DNA of 64,000 nt, from assembly GCA_965197745.1 (NCBI GenBank), contig CBDANS010000007.1, forward strand, positions 224,001 through 288,000, read 5' to 3'. Both the position numbers and the translations under genes were made by a program. Positions 32,301-39,420 of this stretch are shown piece after piece (the first letter of the stretch is position 1; the number at the start of each line of letters is the position of its first letter). A model generated the notes under the pieces. The model was not told where the DNA came from. It did not search any database and was given only the letters and a program-made list of their open reading frames with translations. The DNA comes from Opitutales bacterium. Lineage in GTDB: Bacteria > Verrucomicrobiota > Verrucomicrobiia > Opitutales > PNEW01.

Positions 32301-32418
32301 AAAGTTGGGACTGGAGTCAGCAAGACCGCAATGTGAAGGCTTCTTTATCGATGACGTAATTATCGAACGATTCAAGAAACGCAACGGATCACATACCGTT
32401 CAGACTGAATCCGTTTGA
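20335..32418 (+). CDS. Hybrid highly reducing type I PKS-NRPS: KS-AT-DH-cMT-ER-KR-ACP-C-A-PCP plus acyl-ACP-reductase-like domain
   Basis: KS DTACSS/HGTGT/NIGHLE; AT GQG/GHSVG/YAFH; DH DHRLHDSMVFP and LDACFQ; cMT LEIGSGTG and NVLHAT; ER HAGAGGVG; KR TGGLGGFG/LDD/YASAN; ACP GLDSL; C HHIVSD; A YTSGSTGVPKG/YGPTE/YKTGD; PCP GGDSL; C-terminal Rossmann IAIVGLGSIG. Confidence 0.96.
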   Translation: MINQGKRPIAIIGIGCRFPGGAKNSASFWTSLRNGQNAIVEVPEDRWNLQRFYDPNPQLPGKMTTRWGGFLDTIDQFDAQFFGISPREALRMDPQQRWLLEVAWEALEDGGLAPDQVAGSRTGVFVGISSNDYANIQMKGPQDVDMYTNSGSTLSIASGRISYLFDLKGPSLSVDTACSSALVAVNLACNSIWDGQCDTALAGGVNALLTPDSSIGFSKASMLSPDGRCYTFDERANGYVRGEGAGLIVLKPLDDALEDEDPIYAVIRSSIVNQDGRTSSMTVPGQFSQEAMLNEAYEQAGISPSRVCYIEAHGTGTPVGDPIEVLALGNILSKGRKAEDKCVIGSVKTNIGHLESASGIAGLIKAALVLKYKEIPPNLHFETPNPHIPFEKLKLRVPTKLESIPKGSDPAVVAVNSFGFGGTNAHVVLEEAPVIAKRRKKINKDDAPRPYLVPLSGKGQQSLKKSAENLVDLLSGQSNGTEIFLPDLAHTASLRKGHHDHRLALVACSENEVIVKLNGYLSENKVKGLVEGRAKTENQKEIVFIFTGQGPQWWAMGRELLEKDPLFRKKIEKCDKLLSEYTSWSLVEELSRDEASSRIDDTSVAQPAIFALQIALADWWKARGVSPTCVIGHSVGEVAAAYCSGIYTLNDAIKIIYHRSHLQATTRGSGRMVVVAISPDKAKALIQGFEDQVTISAINSPGLVTLAGDTKVLESIIEPLEKDQVFIRWLDVDYAFHTNKMDPIKDDLLQVLSEIRPRASKIPYYSTVSGEVMDGKKLDASYWWRNIRETVLFGPAIDVIISKDHDLYLELGPHPSHSSSVLECLAHKGKNGSVLPSLRRKESDQQTLLETLATLYTRGYPIQWDALYGKEGQFVQLPSYPWKSERLWLESPVSEEYRFGSIVHPLLGEKVNAPSPTWECELDPRALPYLADHRLHDSMVFPGAAYVEIALAALNELYPNEPFVIEDIKILKGLFMSEDGVITIQMVCDKTDDSFNIFSSTDTTAGEWEIHAQGRYQKLAPRDPGNLAVDQIKDAMEEEIDHAKIYSDFDDVGYQFGPCFREVQKIWRKDGESLAEIQVTDAVLEDMESNFFQPAVLDACFQSGKESRVKDENRKARDNFYMPIALKRVRFFKSPTPRLWCYTQLVSDEGDRVEYDLKVANDDESIIAEIKGFCVQRVDQSETKAEEDLENCYYQFHWHPSSLPGARRDPIELISPERLIEVLDPEIIPTYDKYNLDGYVSDFMPQMETLSFNFILTALRKMGWKPAIGDRVSIDSLIEELGIMEQHHRLLQHSIFETLKKEAVIQATEDGEWEVARTPDSLNLEDLCSALRNNFPHLWAEMDLLIDCGYVLAEVLTGEKDPLDVIFPAGDQKKIESFYKDSSDFQAYNSLLQKAIDKLASELPEKGKLRILEIGSGTGSLTESLLEVLSPDRTEYYFTDISPLFIASAKENFKNYDFIEYSILDIEKPPGEQKFDLQSYDLVLATNVLHATKDLKQTLRHINQLMTEEGLLLFLEVTTKRLFLDLVFGLLPGWWRYSDDELRTTHALITRQEWEGLLNESGFRNVNSFVNTMEESHANQSVFLANASELLTEMDRKEAIDESSDKNKTWLIFADQSGFAESLVNQMEERDSTCIMVTPGESFVEVGERCYQIHPEQLQDMEDLFTHLELDPNALQGIIHMWSLDHPTADITTPESLELAQQTGCLNVLNLIQTLVKSEPDPAPRVWMITHGMQLVSDTDRNERIASAPLIGLARVANNEHWDYHWTAIDLESSSTPLELEFLVNEICSADDELEIAYRGGERFVNRIEKTVKDEIPARTKDAVRRDGVIPYRLEIPTPGILNNLRLNETERSAPGPQEIEIKVAAVGLNFRDVMKVLGMYPGNSRDLKWLGDECSGTVVSVGEEVKNFQVGDEVIGMMVPYCCRSYAIVNEALVFHKPSKQSFEEAATLPIVFLTAHYTLNHLAHLRKGEKILIHAGAGGVGQAAIQMAKHIGAEIFATAGSPEKREFLKSQGIAHVMDDRTLDFADEVMEITEGKGVDVVLNQLAGDFITKSLSVLAPFGRFLEIGKVDIYQNTKIGLEPFKKNLTYFAVDLSKHIEERPEIITMMLQELSVMFEREELKPLPFKAFPITQAVEAFRYFAQSKHIGKNVLSLQEDSILVGLPSEQKTLFRADGTYLITGGLGGFGLEVAKWMVKSGAKNLVLMGRSGASTDDAMEALQTMRNNGAQVVVAKADVVIHDDVERVLNKIDEEMPPLKGVIHAAMVLDDGFLVQIDTEKFKKVLRPKMIGAWHLHQLTQQMHIDFFVLFSSASSMLGPNGQGNYASANFFLDALAHYRNAMGLHALTVNWGALSEAGYVARNENVAKYLDILGLESFTPQEALSIFAQILPKNPVQLGASHVNWKTISKINPQMGSSKLFSLVISQDALSEKTGAHAHSFRPQLLGAAPEDRHKMVENYISEQVAQVFGTSADKIDRDTPLTTIGLDSLMAIELMNRLESNLGINLPMGKFLQGPNISQLAIPVLELLVKSDSGSDTASSPRNVTAGEELMEFPLSQGQRALWFLHRLAPSSAAYNLVFSSRITPYVDIDIMKKAFARIFHSHPMLDIVISTVDGEPMQTLQKGRSVDFREHDATQLSDDELKALLVEHAHKPFNLQTGPVIRLELFRTATGSHVTQLAMHHIVSDAWSIVIVLNELMETYLAIKAGREPDVQPPEFRYSDYVNWQKNLLQSPEADRLGSYWYEYLADSSMVLDLPTDHPRPPVQSFNGATFGFKLEEDLTQKVLKLAEEKRVTLYTTLLSVFNILMHRYCNQEDIIIGSPLSGRINKEFHHITGYFINPVALRSRMGDDPAYFDYLDRVYQSVIGALENQDYPFPLLVDRLKVKRDPSRSPIFQASFSMERTPGVDDQGIAVFLIGQGGHKFNAEDMVIESIDLTLRMAQFEITLVVEEAGGNIYGCWQYNSDLFEPETISRLSGFYKQLLNEIVSHPEKKISEFNLLSADEEKQEIVDWNATASKYPEHLCLHHIISDQSAKTPHSTAISFDGESMTYEELERKSNGLALALHQKGIGPDTPVGLYHERSMNMVVGLLGILKAGGCYVPLDPEFPPLRLEQMLDNANPSVVVTQSELASALPQGQWESIFVEEVSEAETTPQVDGLNPDSLAYIIYTSGSTGVPKGVEISHQSLVNFLYSMQREPGLSDEDKLLAVTTLSFDISGLELYLPLISGAQVILASRKVAADGRQLAALIKSTNPTIIQATPATWQMLLDSGWYGKQNLRILCGGEPLPPDLAEHLCEMGAEVWNLYGPTETTIWSTASQIEKGDDVVSIGRPIANTKIYILDEEEKPLPTGFAGNLYIGGDGLARGYHKQPELTKESFVELSLNQQETERVYKTGDLARYLSDGSIECIGRRDSQIKLRGHRIELSEIETVLRDHPAVKSALVLMRKDMPGGPGIAAYIIPMENNDRLVPDLRSHLTERLPQYMQPSAYMVLDEFPLTPNNKIDRNHLPLPSLKRSDLRTDYLAPQTPTEKILCDILNQAFKSDKIGIHDNFFELGGDSLMAVEILSSITSAFNRELPIEVFLRNPTVESLGYYFELTPENIEVNSSPHKNGDSKVNNIDDLFKSSYLDIEHVNGKNGDRTKFPEVDAVALAYIPDAFLPLTGLSKDEISRQWFQHQPFVSNYYETPFGKIAIVMLPRLGAELYKDQVPLGDNILSSLKLAADMGASTVSLTGLIPSATDYGRSISHWINGHDNLPAITTGHATTTATIVKTITGMLEQTMRDFSEEKIAIVGLGSIGYATLRLMLEVMPHPVELILCDLYRKADILENIRSELIEKVGFKGAIRVVTTRGQLPDAIYDASFVLGASNVPGILDINRLRPGTLLVDDSFPPCFRLTDAIRRIEEEQDILFTTGGLLRCSEEIKETIYLPDGAGELFSKLGVDKVQRLAGRDPREITGCILSSLLTGHEPNISTTIGPVEIKDSLAHYKLLEKLGLESARPQCEGFFIDDVIIERFKKRNGSHTVQTESV

Positions 32419-32442
32419 TTCATCCCATCAAGGAATTTTAGC

Positions 32443-33564
32443 GTGGAGTCGACATTGCTGCATCCGTTGTGCGGAAGCAATCTGATTACATTTCTACGTG
32501 CTTTTGCCCGCCCGCGTCCTCTTTGTTGGCAAAAGCTGCCTGTGGGGTTTATCGCGGCAGCATCAGTTTTGGGACGATTTCCCTTTTATCAGTTCGAACG
32601 CTTATCACAAGCACGTGCTATTATACAAACCCCATTACCAGCGGAACCCATTTTTATCATTGGACACTGGCGTAGCGGCACGACACACCTGCACAATCTC
32701 ATCAGTCAGGATTCACAATTTGGATCGATCAGTTTCCTTCAAACTGCATTGCCCTGGGACTTTATCGGCCAGGTCAATTTATCTCAGAAAATTCTCCGTA
32801 AGAAACTCCCCGACGATCGGGGGATGGACAAGGTAAAACTGACAATCGATTCCCCACAAGAAGAAGAGATGGCTCTGGGAAATATGGGTCCACTATGTTA
32901 TTATTACTGTTATTATTTTCCCCGGGAAATTGAAGAACACTTTAATCGGGCGGTCCTATTCAACGGAGTCTCATCAAGCGAAATAAAAAACTTTGAAAAT
33001 AATTACTGCTATCTTTTAAAAAAACTGACCCTGTTTCATGGAGATAAGAAAAAGCTGCTTTTAAAAAATCCCGCAAACACCGGTCGCATACGTTGGCTGC
33101 GGAGTATTTTTCCAGGCGCTAAGTTCATTCATATTCATCGCAATCCTTACACGGTCTATGCCTCAACCCTAAAGCATTTTAATAGAACCATGACGACTTT
33201 CGCCTGGCAGCCCTATGAGGGAATTGACTTTAATAAAATTACCCTGCGTCACTATCGCCTTCTCATGCAGCGTTACTTGGATGAGCGATCAACTATCCCC
33301 CCGGAAAACTTAATTGAGGTATCTATGGATGAAGTAGAGAAAGATGCGCCCGGGGTGATCGATAACATATACCGAAAATTTTCTTTGTCCAATCGGGATA
33401 GGGCGCTTGAAGCAATTAATTCATACTGCGAAGGACAGCGAAATTACCGTAAGAACAGTTATGTATTAAGCGGGGATCAAGTTGCTAATATAAATAAACA
33501 CTGGGACTTTACGTTGAAAGAATATGATTACGGAATGCCGGGTGAAATAAAGGTGGAAAACTGA
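32443..33564 (+). CDS. PAPS-dependent sulfotransferase
   Basis: 5'-PSB motif IGHWRSGTTHL, PQEEE, LLKNP, 3'-PB motif IHRNP...S; starts 24 nt after the PKS-NRPS stop. Confidence 0.88.
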   Translation: MESTLLHPLCGSNLITFLRAFARPRPLCWQKLPVGFIAAASVLGRFPFYQFERLSQARAIIQTPLPAEPIFIIGHWRSGTTHLHNLISQDSQFGSISFLQTALPWDFIGQVNLSQKILRKKLPDDRGMDKVKLTIDSPQEEEMALGNMGPLCYYYCYYFPREIEEHFNRAVLFNGVSSSEIKNFENNYCYLLKKLTLFHGDKKKLLLKNPANTGRIRWLRSIFPGAKFIHIHRNPYTVYASTLKHFNRTMTTFAWQPYEGIDFNKITLRHYRLLMQRYLDERSTIPPENLIEVSMDEVEKDAPGVIDNIYRKFSLSNRDRALEAINSYCEGQRNYRKNSYVLSGDQVANINKHWDFTLKEYDYGMPGEIKVEN

Positions 33565-33566
33565 AT

Positions 33567-35549
33567 TTAGAGGCGATTCTTAACCAGCATTTCGACTACT
33601 TTCGGGTCCGCAAGAGTCGTCGTATCTCCTATCTCATCCGGTGCATTCTCCGCAATTTTTCTTAGAATGCGACGCATGATCTTTCCCGAGCGGGTTTTCG
33701 GCAGACCGGGTGAGAACTGCAGTTTATCAGGGGTGGCAATGGGTCCAATCTCGGAACGCACATGTTTTACCAGTTCCTGTTTTAAGTCATCGCTCCCTTC
33801 CACCCCTCCGATGAGCGTGACAAAAGCATAGAGAGATTGACCTTTTATGTCGTGGGGCATTGGGGCGACCGCTGCTTCTGCTACCATGGGATGACTGACT
33901 AAGGCGCTTTCAACTTCGGCTGTTCCAATCCGATGACCGGAGACATTGACAACATCATCGACGCGGCCCATCAGCCAGTAATCCCCATCACTATCAATAC
34001 GGCAACCATCGCCGGTAAAGTAGAGATCATTAAAGGTGTTAAAATATGTATCGATAAAGCGATCATGATCACCCCAGGTGGTACGCATTATCCCGGGCCA
34101 AGGTTTTTTGATACAGAGTTTACCGCCTTCATTGGGATTACATTCACTACCATCATCCCGCAATATTACAGGTTCGACTCCAAAGAAAGGGTGTGAAGCA
34201 CTTCCCGGTTTTAAAACGTGAGCGCCCGGATAGGGGGTAATCAAGTGACCCCCTGTTTCCGTTTGCCACCAGGTATCGACAATGGGACAAGAGCCATGAC
34301 CAATTTCCCGAAAATACCACATCCAGGCCTCTGGGTTGATCGGTTCTCCCACCGTCCCCAACAGCCGAAGTGAACTTAAATCATACTTAGCCGGCCATTC
34401 ATTGCCCTGGGCGATCAATGCGCGAATCACTGTAGGGGCGGTGTAGAACACCGTTGCCTTGTATTTTTCACATACCTGCCAAAAACGGCCTGGATCAGGA
34501 TAAGTAGGGACCCCTTCGAACATGAGACTCGTCGAACCGTTGGCCAGCGGCCCGTAGACAATGTAACTATGTCCTGTCACCCATCCAATGTCAGCTGAAC
34601 ACCAATATATGTCATCCTCGTGAATATCAAAAATATATTTATGCGTGAGACTGGTGTGTAGGAGGTAACCTGCCGTGGAATGAACCACCCCTTTCGGTTT
34701 ACCCGTTGAACCCGAGGTGTAGAGAATAAAGAGAATCGTTTCGGCACTTAAAGCCTCAGGCGGGCAGTCTTCGTTTACCTTGCTCATTTCATCGTGATAC
34801 CACAGATCGCGACCTTCAATGAAATCACACGGTTCATCATTACGCTTAACCAAAATGACCTTTTCGATAGAGGGTGTATTTTCGAGAGCCTTATCAGAGA
34901 TATTTTTCAGGAGGATAAATTTTCCTGAACGCAAAGCTACATTGGAGGTGATTAGTATTTTACAATCAGAATCATTAATACGATCTGCCAGTGAATCCGC
35001 GCTGAAACCCCCGAAAACCACAGAGTGGATAGCGCCGATACGGGCACAACCAAGCATTACGATAGGCAACTCGACTATCATTGGCAGATATATCGCAACC
35101 CGGTCACCTTTTTTTATGCCATGTGCTTTTAGCACGTTGGCAAATTTACAAACTTCTTTATGTAATTCCTCGTAGGTAAGTGTCCGCGTGTCTTCTTCAG
35201 GTTCTCCCTGCCAGATCAGTGCCGGTTTTGTCCGTCGATCGGTTTTCAAGTGTCGATCAAGACAGTTTATGGTAATATTTATTTCACCATCTTCAAACCA
35301 TGTATGCTCTATTTTACGTGCCTTGGAATCCCAGGTATATTTGCATGCGGTGCCAGGCGCTTTAATCCAGTCCAATGTCTCAGCCTGCTCTAACCAGAAA
35401 GCATCGGGATCATTTACCGAACGTTCATACATTTCGCAGTATTTTTGATTATCAATATGCGCTTTCTCCACGAATTGCTCGGAGGGGGGAAAGGTGCGCT
35501 CCTCGGTCATTAATGAATCGGTCGATATAGTCTGTTTTTCTTCTGCCAT
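33567..35549 (-). CDS. acs: Acetyl-CoA synthetase
   Basis: LYTSGSTGKPKG, ADIGWVTGHSY, VGEPINPEAW, DTWWQTETGG, LPKTRSGKIMRR. Confidence 0.97.
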   Translation of the reverse strand: MAEEKQTISTDSLMTEERTFPPSEQFVEKAHIDNQKYCEMYERSVNDPDAFWLEQAETLDWIKAPGTACKYTWDSKARKIEHTWFEDGEINITINCLDRHLKTDRRTKPALIWQGEPEEDTRTLTYEELHKEVCKFANVLKAHGIKKGDRVAIYLPMIVELPIVMLGCARIGAIHSVVFGGFSADSLADRINDSDCKILITSNVALRSGKFILLKNISDKALENTPSIEKVILVKRNDEPCDFIEGRDLWYHDEMSKVNEDCPPEALSAETILFILYTSGSTGKPKGVVHSTAGYLLHTSLTHKYIFDIHEDDIYWCSADIGWVTGHSYIVYGPLANGSTSLMFEGVPTYPDPGRFWQVCEKYKATVFYTAPTVIRALIAQGNEWPAKYDLSSLRLLGTVGEPINPEAWMWYFREIGHGSCPIVDTWWQTETGGHLITPYPGAHVLKPGSASHPFFGVEPVILRDDGSECNPNEGGKLCIKKPWPGIMRTTWGDHDRFIDTYFNTFNDLYFTGDGCRIDSDGDYWLMGRVDDVVNVSGHRIGTAEVESALVSHPMVAEAAVAPMPHDIKGQSLYAFVTLIGGVEGSDDLKQELVKHVRSEIGPIATPDKLQFSPGLPKTRSGKIMRRILRKIAENAPDEIGDTTTLADPKVVEMLVKNRL

Positions 35550-35639
35550 AATAAAATTTCCGAATTTATAGAGTTAGAGAAAAAATACCGTCACAAATGC
35601 TATTTTCTGTCAACCGTTCGTAGCTATTTCAACGGCTTT

Positions 35640-37118
35640 CTAGCTTCTACCCTTGAAAAACCGTTTCGGTGAAAAATATTTTTCCGGGTAATAATCCGGA
35701 CAATCGATGTCCAGGATCTTGAAAACAATAAACTGAGTGGCGAGAAAGGATACCCCTGAACCCGAACCTGCCATACCGCCTACGATATAAAGGCGCTTAT
35801 TGTCCTGGAGACCAATGAGCGGAAATTCATCAGGCGTCATCCCCACCGTGCCGCTCCACTCATTGGTAACGCGTATCCGGGTTATTCCAAAAAGGGTTTT
35901 TAAAAAAGCAGACACGTAATTGGTAATAAATCGTGAGGGCTGATTCAGCCCCGCTTCATGATCGGGGACTTTAGACATATCCGAACCAAATAGGATACCG
36001 TCCTTTGTCCTGCTGAAAAACATTTCCGGACTGCTGATTGCTACTCCCTGTTGCATCGTTCCGTTATCACTGAGTCCATAGGCTGCTTGTGTCTGACCCA
36101 CATTTAAAATGTTATGAAATTCCTTAAAGAGGGTAGCAGTATGAGACTCCGTTGCGTTGAGGACATATTTTGCCTGAATTGTCCCGCGATCGGTATGAAT
36201 TTCATAAAAGTCACCGATGTCTTTCACCGCATTGACTTTAGTCTGCGAGTAAAATTCTACGTTGGGTGATTGAATGGCTATTTGCAATAGGCCCCAAATC
36301 CACTTGGCGGGATTCCAATTTGCGGTGCCTTGTGAATGCCCGGCATCGTAAGCTGTTTTTATACCTGCTTTTTCCATCGCCTCCTCAGGGGAGATTCTTA
36401 TCCAGTCAGAAAATCCCGTCTCTTCACCCATTCGCTGGGCGGCAAGGGGTTTCCCCTGATTTTTTTCATCGGTGGCCCAGACCCAACCTTTTTTGATATA
36501 GTCACACTCAATTCCCTCTGTTTTCACCGTGTCTTCAATCATCTGATTGCTTTTGATTCCGGCAGTTACATAGGGTTTGGCAAATTCATGAGCGATACTT
36601 ATTCGCTCCGCTTCATTTAATTCCGGCCGTGTTCTCTCTAGGTTTTTCAACACCGTGCTGTGGACATAATAGTAATAGCGACCCATCGTTACAACGCCGG
36701 CATTGCGACCCCCCGAGCCGCTCGCCGCCTCGTTCATTTCAAGTATGACCATCCTGGAATCTCCGTGTTTCGACCAGTGATAGGCAGCGCCCGCGCCAGC
36801 AAAGCCGGCACCGATAACCACAACCTGAGCTTTATCCGGTAATTTAACATTTGGATTCCCTTCCCAAGGATGATTTTCCAACGGATTTTTGTCACGTAAC
36901 CAGACAGGTGTTCTCGATACCGGATTGTTAAACTGAACCCAGGTCAGAGCATCAGGAATGGTCCGCCACATGGATTTTATCGACCAGCATAAAAAGAGCA
37001 GCAGCTTTTGAATCAGTAATCTACCCGGGTACATAGTGTTAATCCAGGTTCTGGCTGCACGGAATTCGTGTCGGCGCATACCAAAAATTAATTTAAAAAA
37101 AATAAATATTCTATTCAT
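35640..37118 (-). CDS. FAD-dependent oxidoreductase (DAO/glycine oxidase/PuuB-like)
   Basis: [38 protein letters not shown]. Start placed at ATG 37118, overlapping the stop of the upstream J-domain gene. Confidence 0.8.
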   Translation of the reverse strand: MNRIFIFFKLIFGMRRHEFRAARTWINTMYPGRLLIQKLLLFLCWSIKSMWRTIPDALTWVQFNNPVSRTPVWLRDKNPLENHPWEGNPNVKLPDKAQVVVIGAGFAGAGAAYHWSKHGDSRMVILEMNEAASGSGGRNAGVVTMGRYYYYVHSTVLKNLERTRPELNEAERISIAHEFAKPYVTAGIKSNQMIEDTVKTEGIECDYIKKGWVWATDEKNQGKPLAAQRMGEETGFSDWIRISPEEAMEKAGIKTAYDAGHSQGTANWNPAKWIWGLLQIAIQSPNVEFYSQTKVNAVKDIGDFYEIHTDRGTIQAKYVLNATESHTATLFKEFHNILNVGQTQAAYGLSDNGTMQQGVAISSPEMFFSRTKDGILFGSDMSKVPDHEAGLNQPSRFITNYVSAFLKTLFGITRIRVTNEWSGTVGMTPDEFPLIGLQDNKRLYIVGGMAGSGSGVSFLATQFIVFKILDIDCPDYYPEKYFSPKRFFKGRS

Positions 37119-38070
37119 ATGTGTTCGCCAAGTCCTTCCATAAACTTTTTTGACGTTCATTGGCGGTGGATGGCAATTGTATTCTAATGACCGCATAGAG
37201 GTCACCGCGTTTCCCTTTGGCCTTCAGTAAACCAAGACTTTTAAGTCGAAATTTACGACCGTTTTCACAACCGGGAGGGACTTTAATAGCAACGCGTTGC
37301 TTGAGAGCAGGTATTTTAACAGTCGTCCCGAGAACCGCATCCCAGGGTGGAATTTCCAGATCATAATACAAGTCTGCTTCTTTAACCGTAAAGTCGGGAT
37401 GTTTGGCAAAGAGAACACGGAGTAGAATATCACCTGCCTGCCCATCCGCAGATCCTGTCCGACCTTTGCCGGCCAGACGAATAAGTTTACCTTCATGGAC
37501 ACCTTCAGGAATCTTGACGCGATAAGTTTCAGCTTTTTTTCCAGGCTCCCGACGCATGCTAACTTCTCTCACCGATCCGCTATTTACCTCCTCGAGGGTT
37601 ACCATGATATCCGCTTTGATAACACTACCCCGTGTCGCTTTTTTATTACGGGTGAAACCGCTCGGGTCCGTGAATCCACTTTTTCGATTTCTCCCGCCCA
37701 TTTCGCCGGAAGAGGATCCACCCCCAAAGAAAGCCTCGAAGAAATCACTGAATCCAGTGCCCCCAAATCGATATTCAAAACCGCCCTTTGGCCCACCTGA
37801 TCCACGATTCCAACCCGGGGGAGGGCGAAATTCAGCTCCATGCTCCCAATTTGGACCTAGAGCATCATACTTTTTACGTTTTTGAGGGTCGCTTAATACC
37901 TCATATGCTTCATTGATTTGCTTAAATTTTTCTTCGGACTTTGATTTATTCTTCGCATGGTCAGGGTGATACTGGCGGGCCAGTTTTCGAAAAGCCTTTT
38001 TTATGGCCTCCTGGCTGGCCTCCTTAGCTATTCCCAAGGTATCGTAGTAGTCTTTAAATTTAATGGCCAT
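37111..38070 (-). CDS. DnaJ-class chaperone without zinc finger (CbpA-like)
   Basis: J domain KDYY...YHPD...[12 protein letters not shown] region with FSDFF, C-terminal substrate-binding domain, no CxxCxGxG repeats. Confidence 0.92.
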   Translation of the reverse strand: MAIKFKDYYDTLGIAKEASQEAIKKAFRKLARQYHPDHAKNKSKSEEKFKQINEAYEVLSDPQKRKKYDALGPNWEHGAEFRPPPGWNRGSGGPKGGFEYRFGGTGFSDFFEAFFGGGSSSGEMGGRNRKSGFTDPSGFTRNKKATRGSVIKADIMVTLEEVNSGSVREVSMRREPGKKAETYRVKIPEGVHEGKLIRLAGKGRTGSADGQAGDILLRVLFAKHPDFTVKEADLYYDLEIPPWDAVLGTTVKIPALKQRVAIKVPPGCENGRKFRLKSLGLLKAKGKRGDLYAVIRIQLPSTANERQKSLWKDLANTYE

Positions 38071-38291
38071 ATTTTCTGATACTGCCTATTACGCGGTTTC
38101 TTTACCTGAAATTTGAACTATATCAGCTTATATTACTTAATATACGATCTTTTTTCAAATATCATTCCTGAGGTGATCGGTGATAATATTTCGAGCGACC
38201 GATCTCATAAAGAGAAAACTGTTGAAAGGTATGCTCTATCCATGTAGACGGCAGTTAAATATAAATATATTTCACTCTATATACCGAAGTC

Positions 38292-39299
38292 ATGAATGCT
38301 AATGAAAAACCTGTCATCCTGACCTGCATGCGCGCATCAGGTCAGCTGCACCTGGGTAATTACCTGGGGGCTTTAAAAAACTGGATCGCATTGATGGATG
38401 GCTATGAGAATTATTTCGGTATAGTAGATATGCATGCAATTACTGATAGGTATCTTCCCGCAGAATTGCGCCAGGATACTACTAGTCTATTGGCGCAGTA
38501 TATTGCCTGTGGGTTAGATCCAGAGAATTGTCATTTCTTTTTACAATCTCATGTTATCGGACACACCGAACTGGCCTGGGTGCTCGGTTGTCTAACACCC
38601 GTAGGACAACTGGAAAGAATGACTCAATATAAAGAATTAGCAAAAAAACAGCGGACCAACGTTAACGCCGGGCTCCTTTATTACCCCGTCCTAATGGCCG
38701 CTGATATTTTACTTTATAATGCCGATCTCGTTCCTGTTGGGGAAGATCAGAAGCAACATGTTGAACTCTGCCGCGACATCGCGCAGAAATTCAACAGTAC
38801 ATACTCTGAGACATTTAAGGTCCCCGATGTCAATCTTCCAAAGATAGGAGCTAGAATCATGTCACTTCAATATCCAACTAATAAAATGTCTAAATCAGAT
38901 GAAAATACCAATGGGACACTTTTTCTTCTTGATCCACCCAAAGTACTACGAAAAAAAATTATGAGTGCGGTGACCGATTCAGGTAGCGATGTTGTGGCCC
39001 ATAAGGATAAACCTGGAATTACAAACCTTCTCATTATTCTCAGTGCCGTCACTAATACACCCCAGGCTGATCTTGAGAATCAATTTTCAGGTAAAGGGTA
39101 TGCTGAGTTAAAAGCCGCGGTAGCAGATGCGGTAGTCGAGCTTGTGGAACCGATTCAAGAAAAATATAAATTAATAATAAATGATAAGGAGTTTCTCAGT
39201 GCCACATTGAGGGAGGGAGCTGAAAAAGCGCAGAGGCGCGCTAACAAAGTGCTGAGCAAAGTGTATCGCAAAGTCGGATTTGTTGAAAAAGTTCGCTGA
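38292..39299 (+). CDS. trpS: Tryptophan--tRNA ligase
   Basis: HLGN, YPVLMAADILLY, VPVGEDQKQH, KMSKS. Confidence 0.97.
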   Translation: MNANEKPVILTCMRASGQLHLGNYLGALKNWIALMDGYENYFGIVDMHAITDRYLPAELRQDTTSLLAQYIACGLDPENCHFFLQSHVIGHTELAWVLGCLTPVGQLERMTQYKELAKKQRTNVNAGLLYYPVLMAADILLYNADLVPVGEDQKQHVELCRDIAQKFNSTYSETFKVPDVNLPKIGARIMSLQYPTNKMSKSDENTNGTLFLLDPPKVLRKKIMSAVTDSGSDVVAHKDKPGITNLLIILSAVTNTPQADLENQFSGKGYAELKAAVADAVVELVEPIQEKYKLIINDKEFLSATLREGAEKAQRRANKVLSKVYRKVGFVEKVR

Positions 39300-39420
39300 A
39301 TATAATCAACCTGTAATCGCCACTAAAAAGATTGGTGTATTTTATTATTGAGATTAATTTGAATAGTATTTTATAATTGAAGCTGGATGCATTTCTAAAG
39401 GAGGAATATTCAATACATCG

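Noticed and set aside
33567..35549. acs as a dedicated starter-unit ligase of the PKS-NRPS cluster
   Set aside because: Canonical housekeeping acetyl-CoA synthetase, convergently transcribed; adjacency alone is insufficient
38175..38204. GATCGGT...ACCGATC inverted repeat upstream of trpS (possible T-box or attenuator)
   Set aside because: No T-box consensus or Trp-codon leader peptide seen, and the arms are only 7 bp
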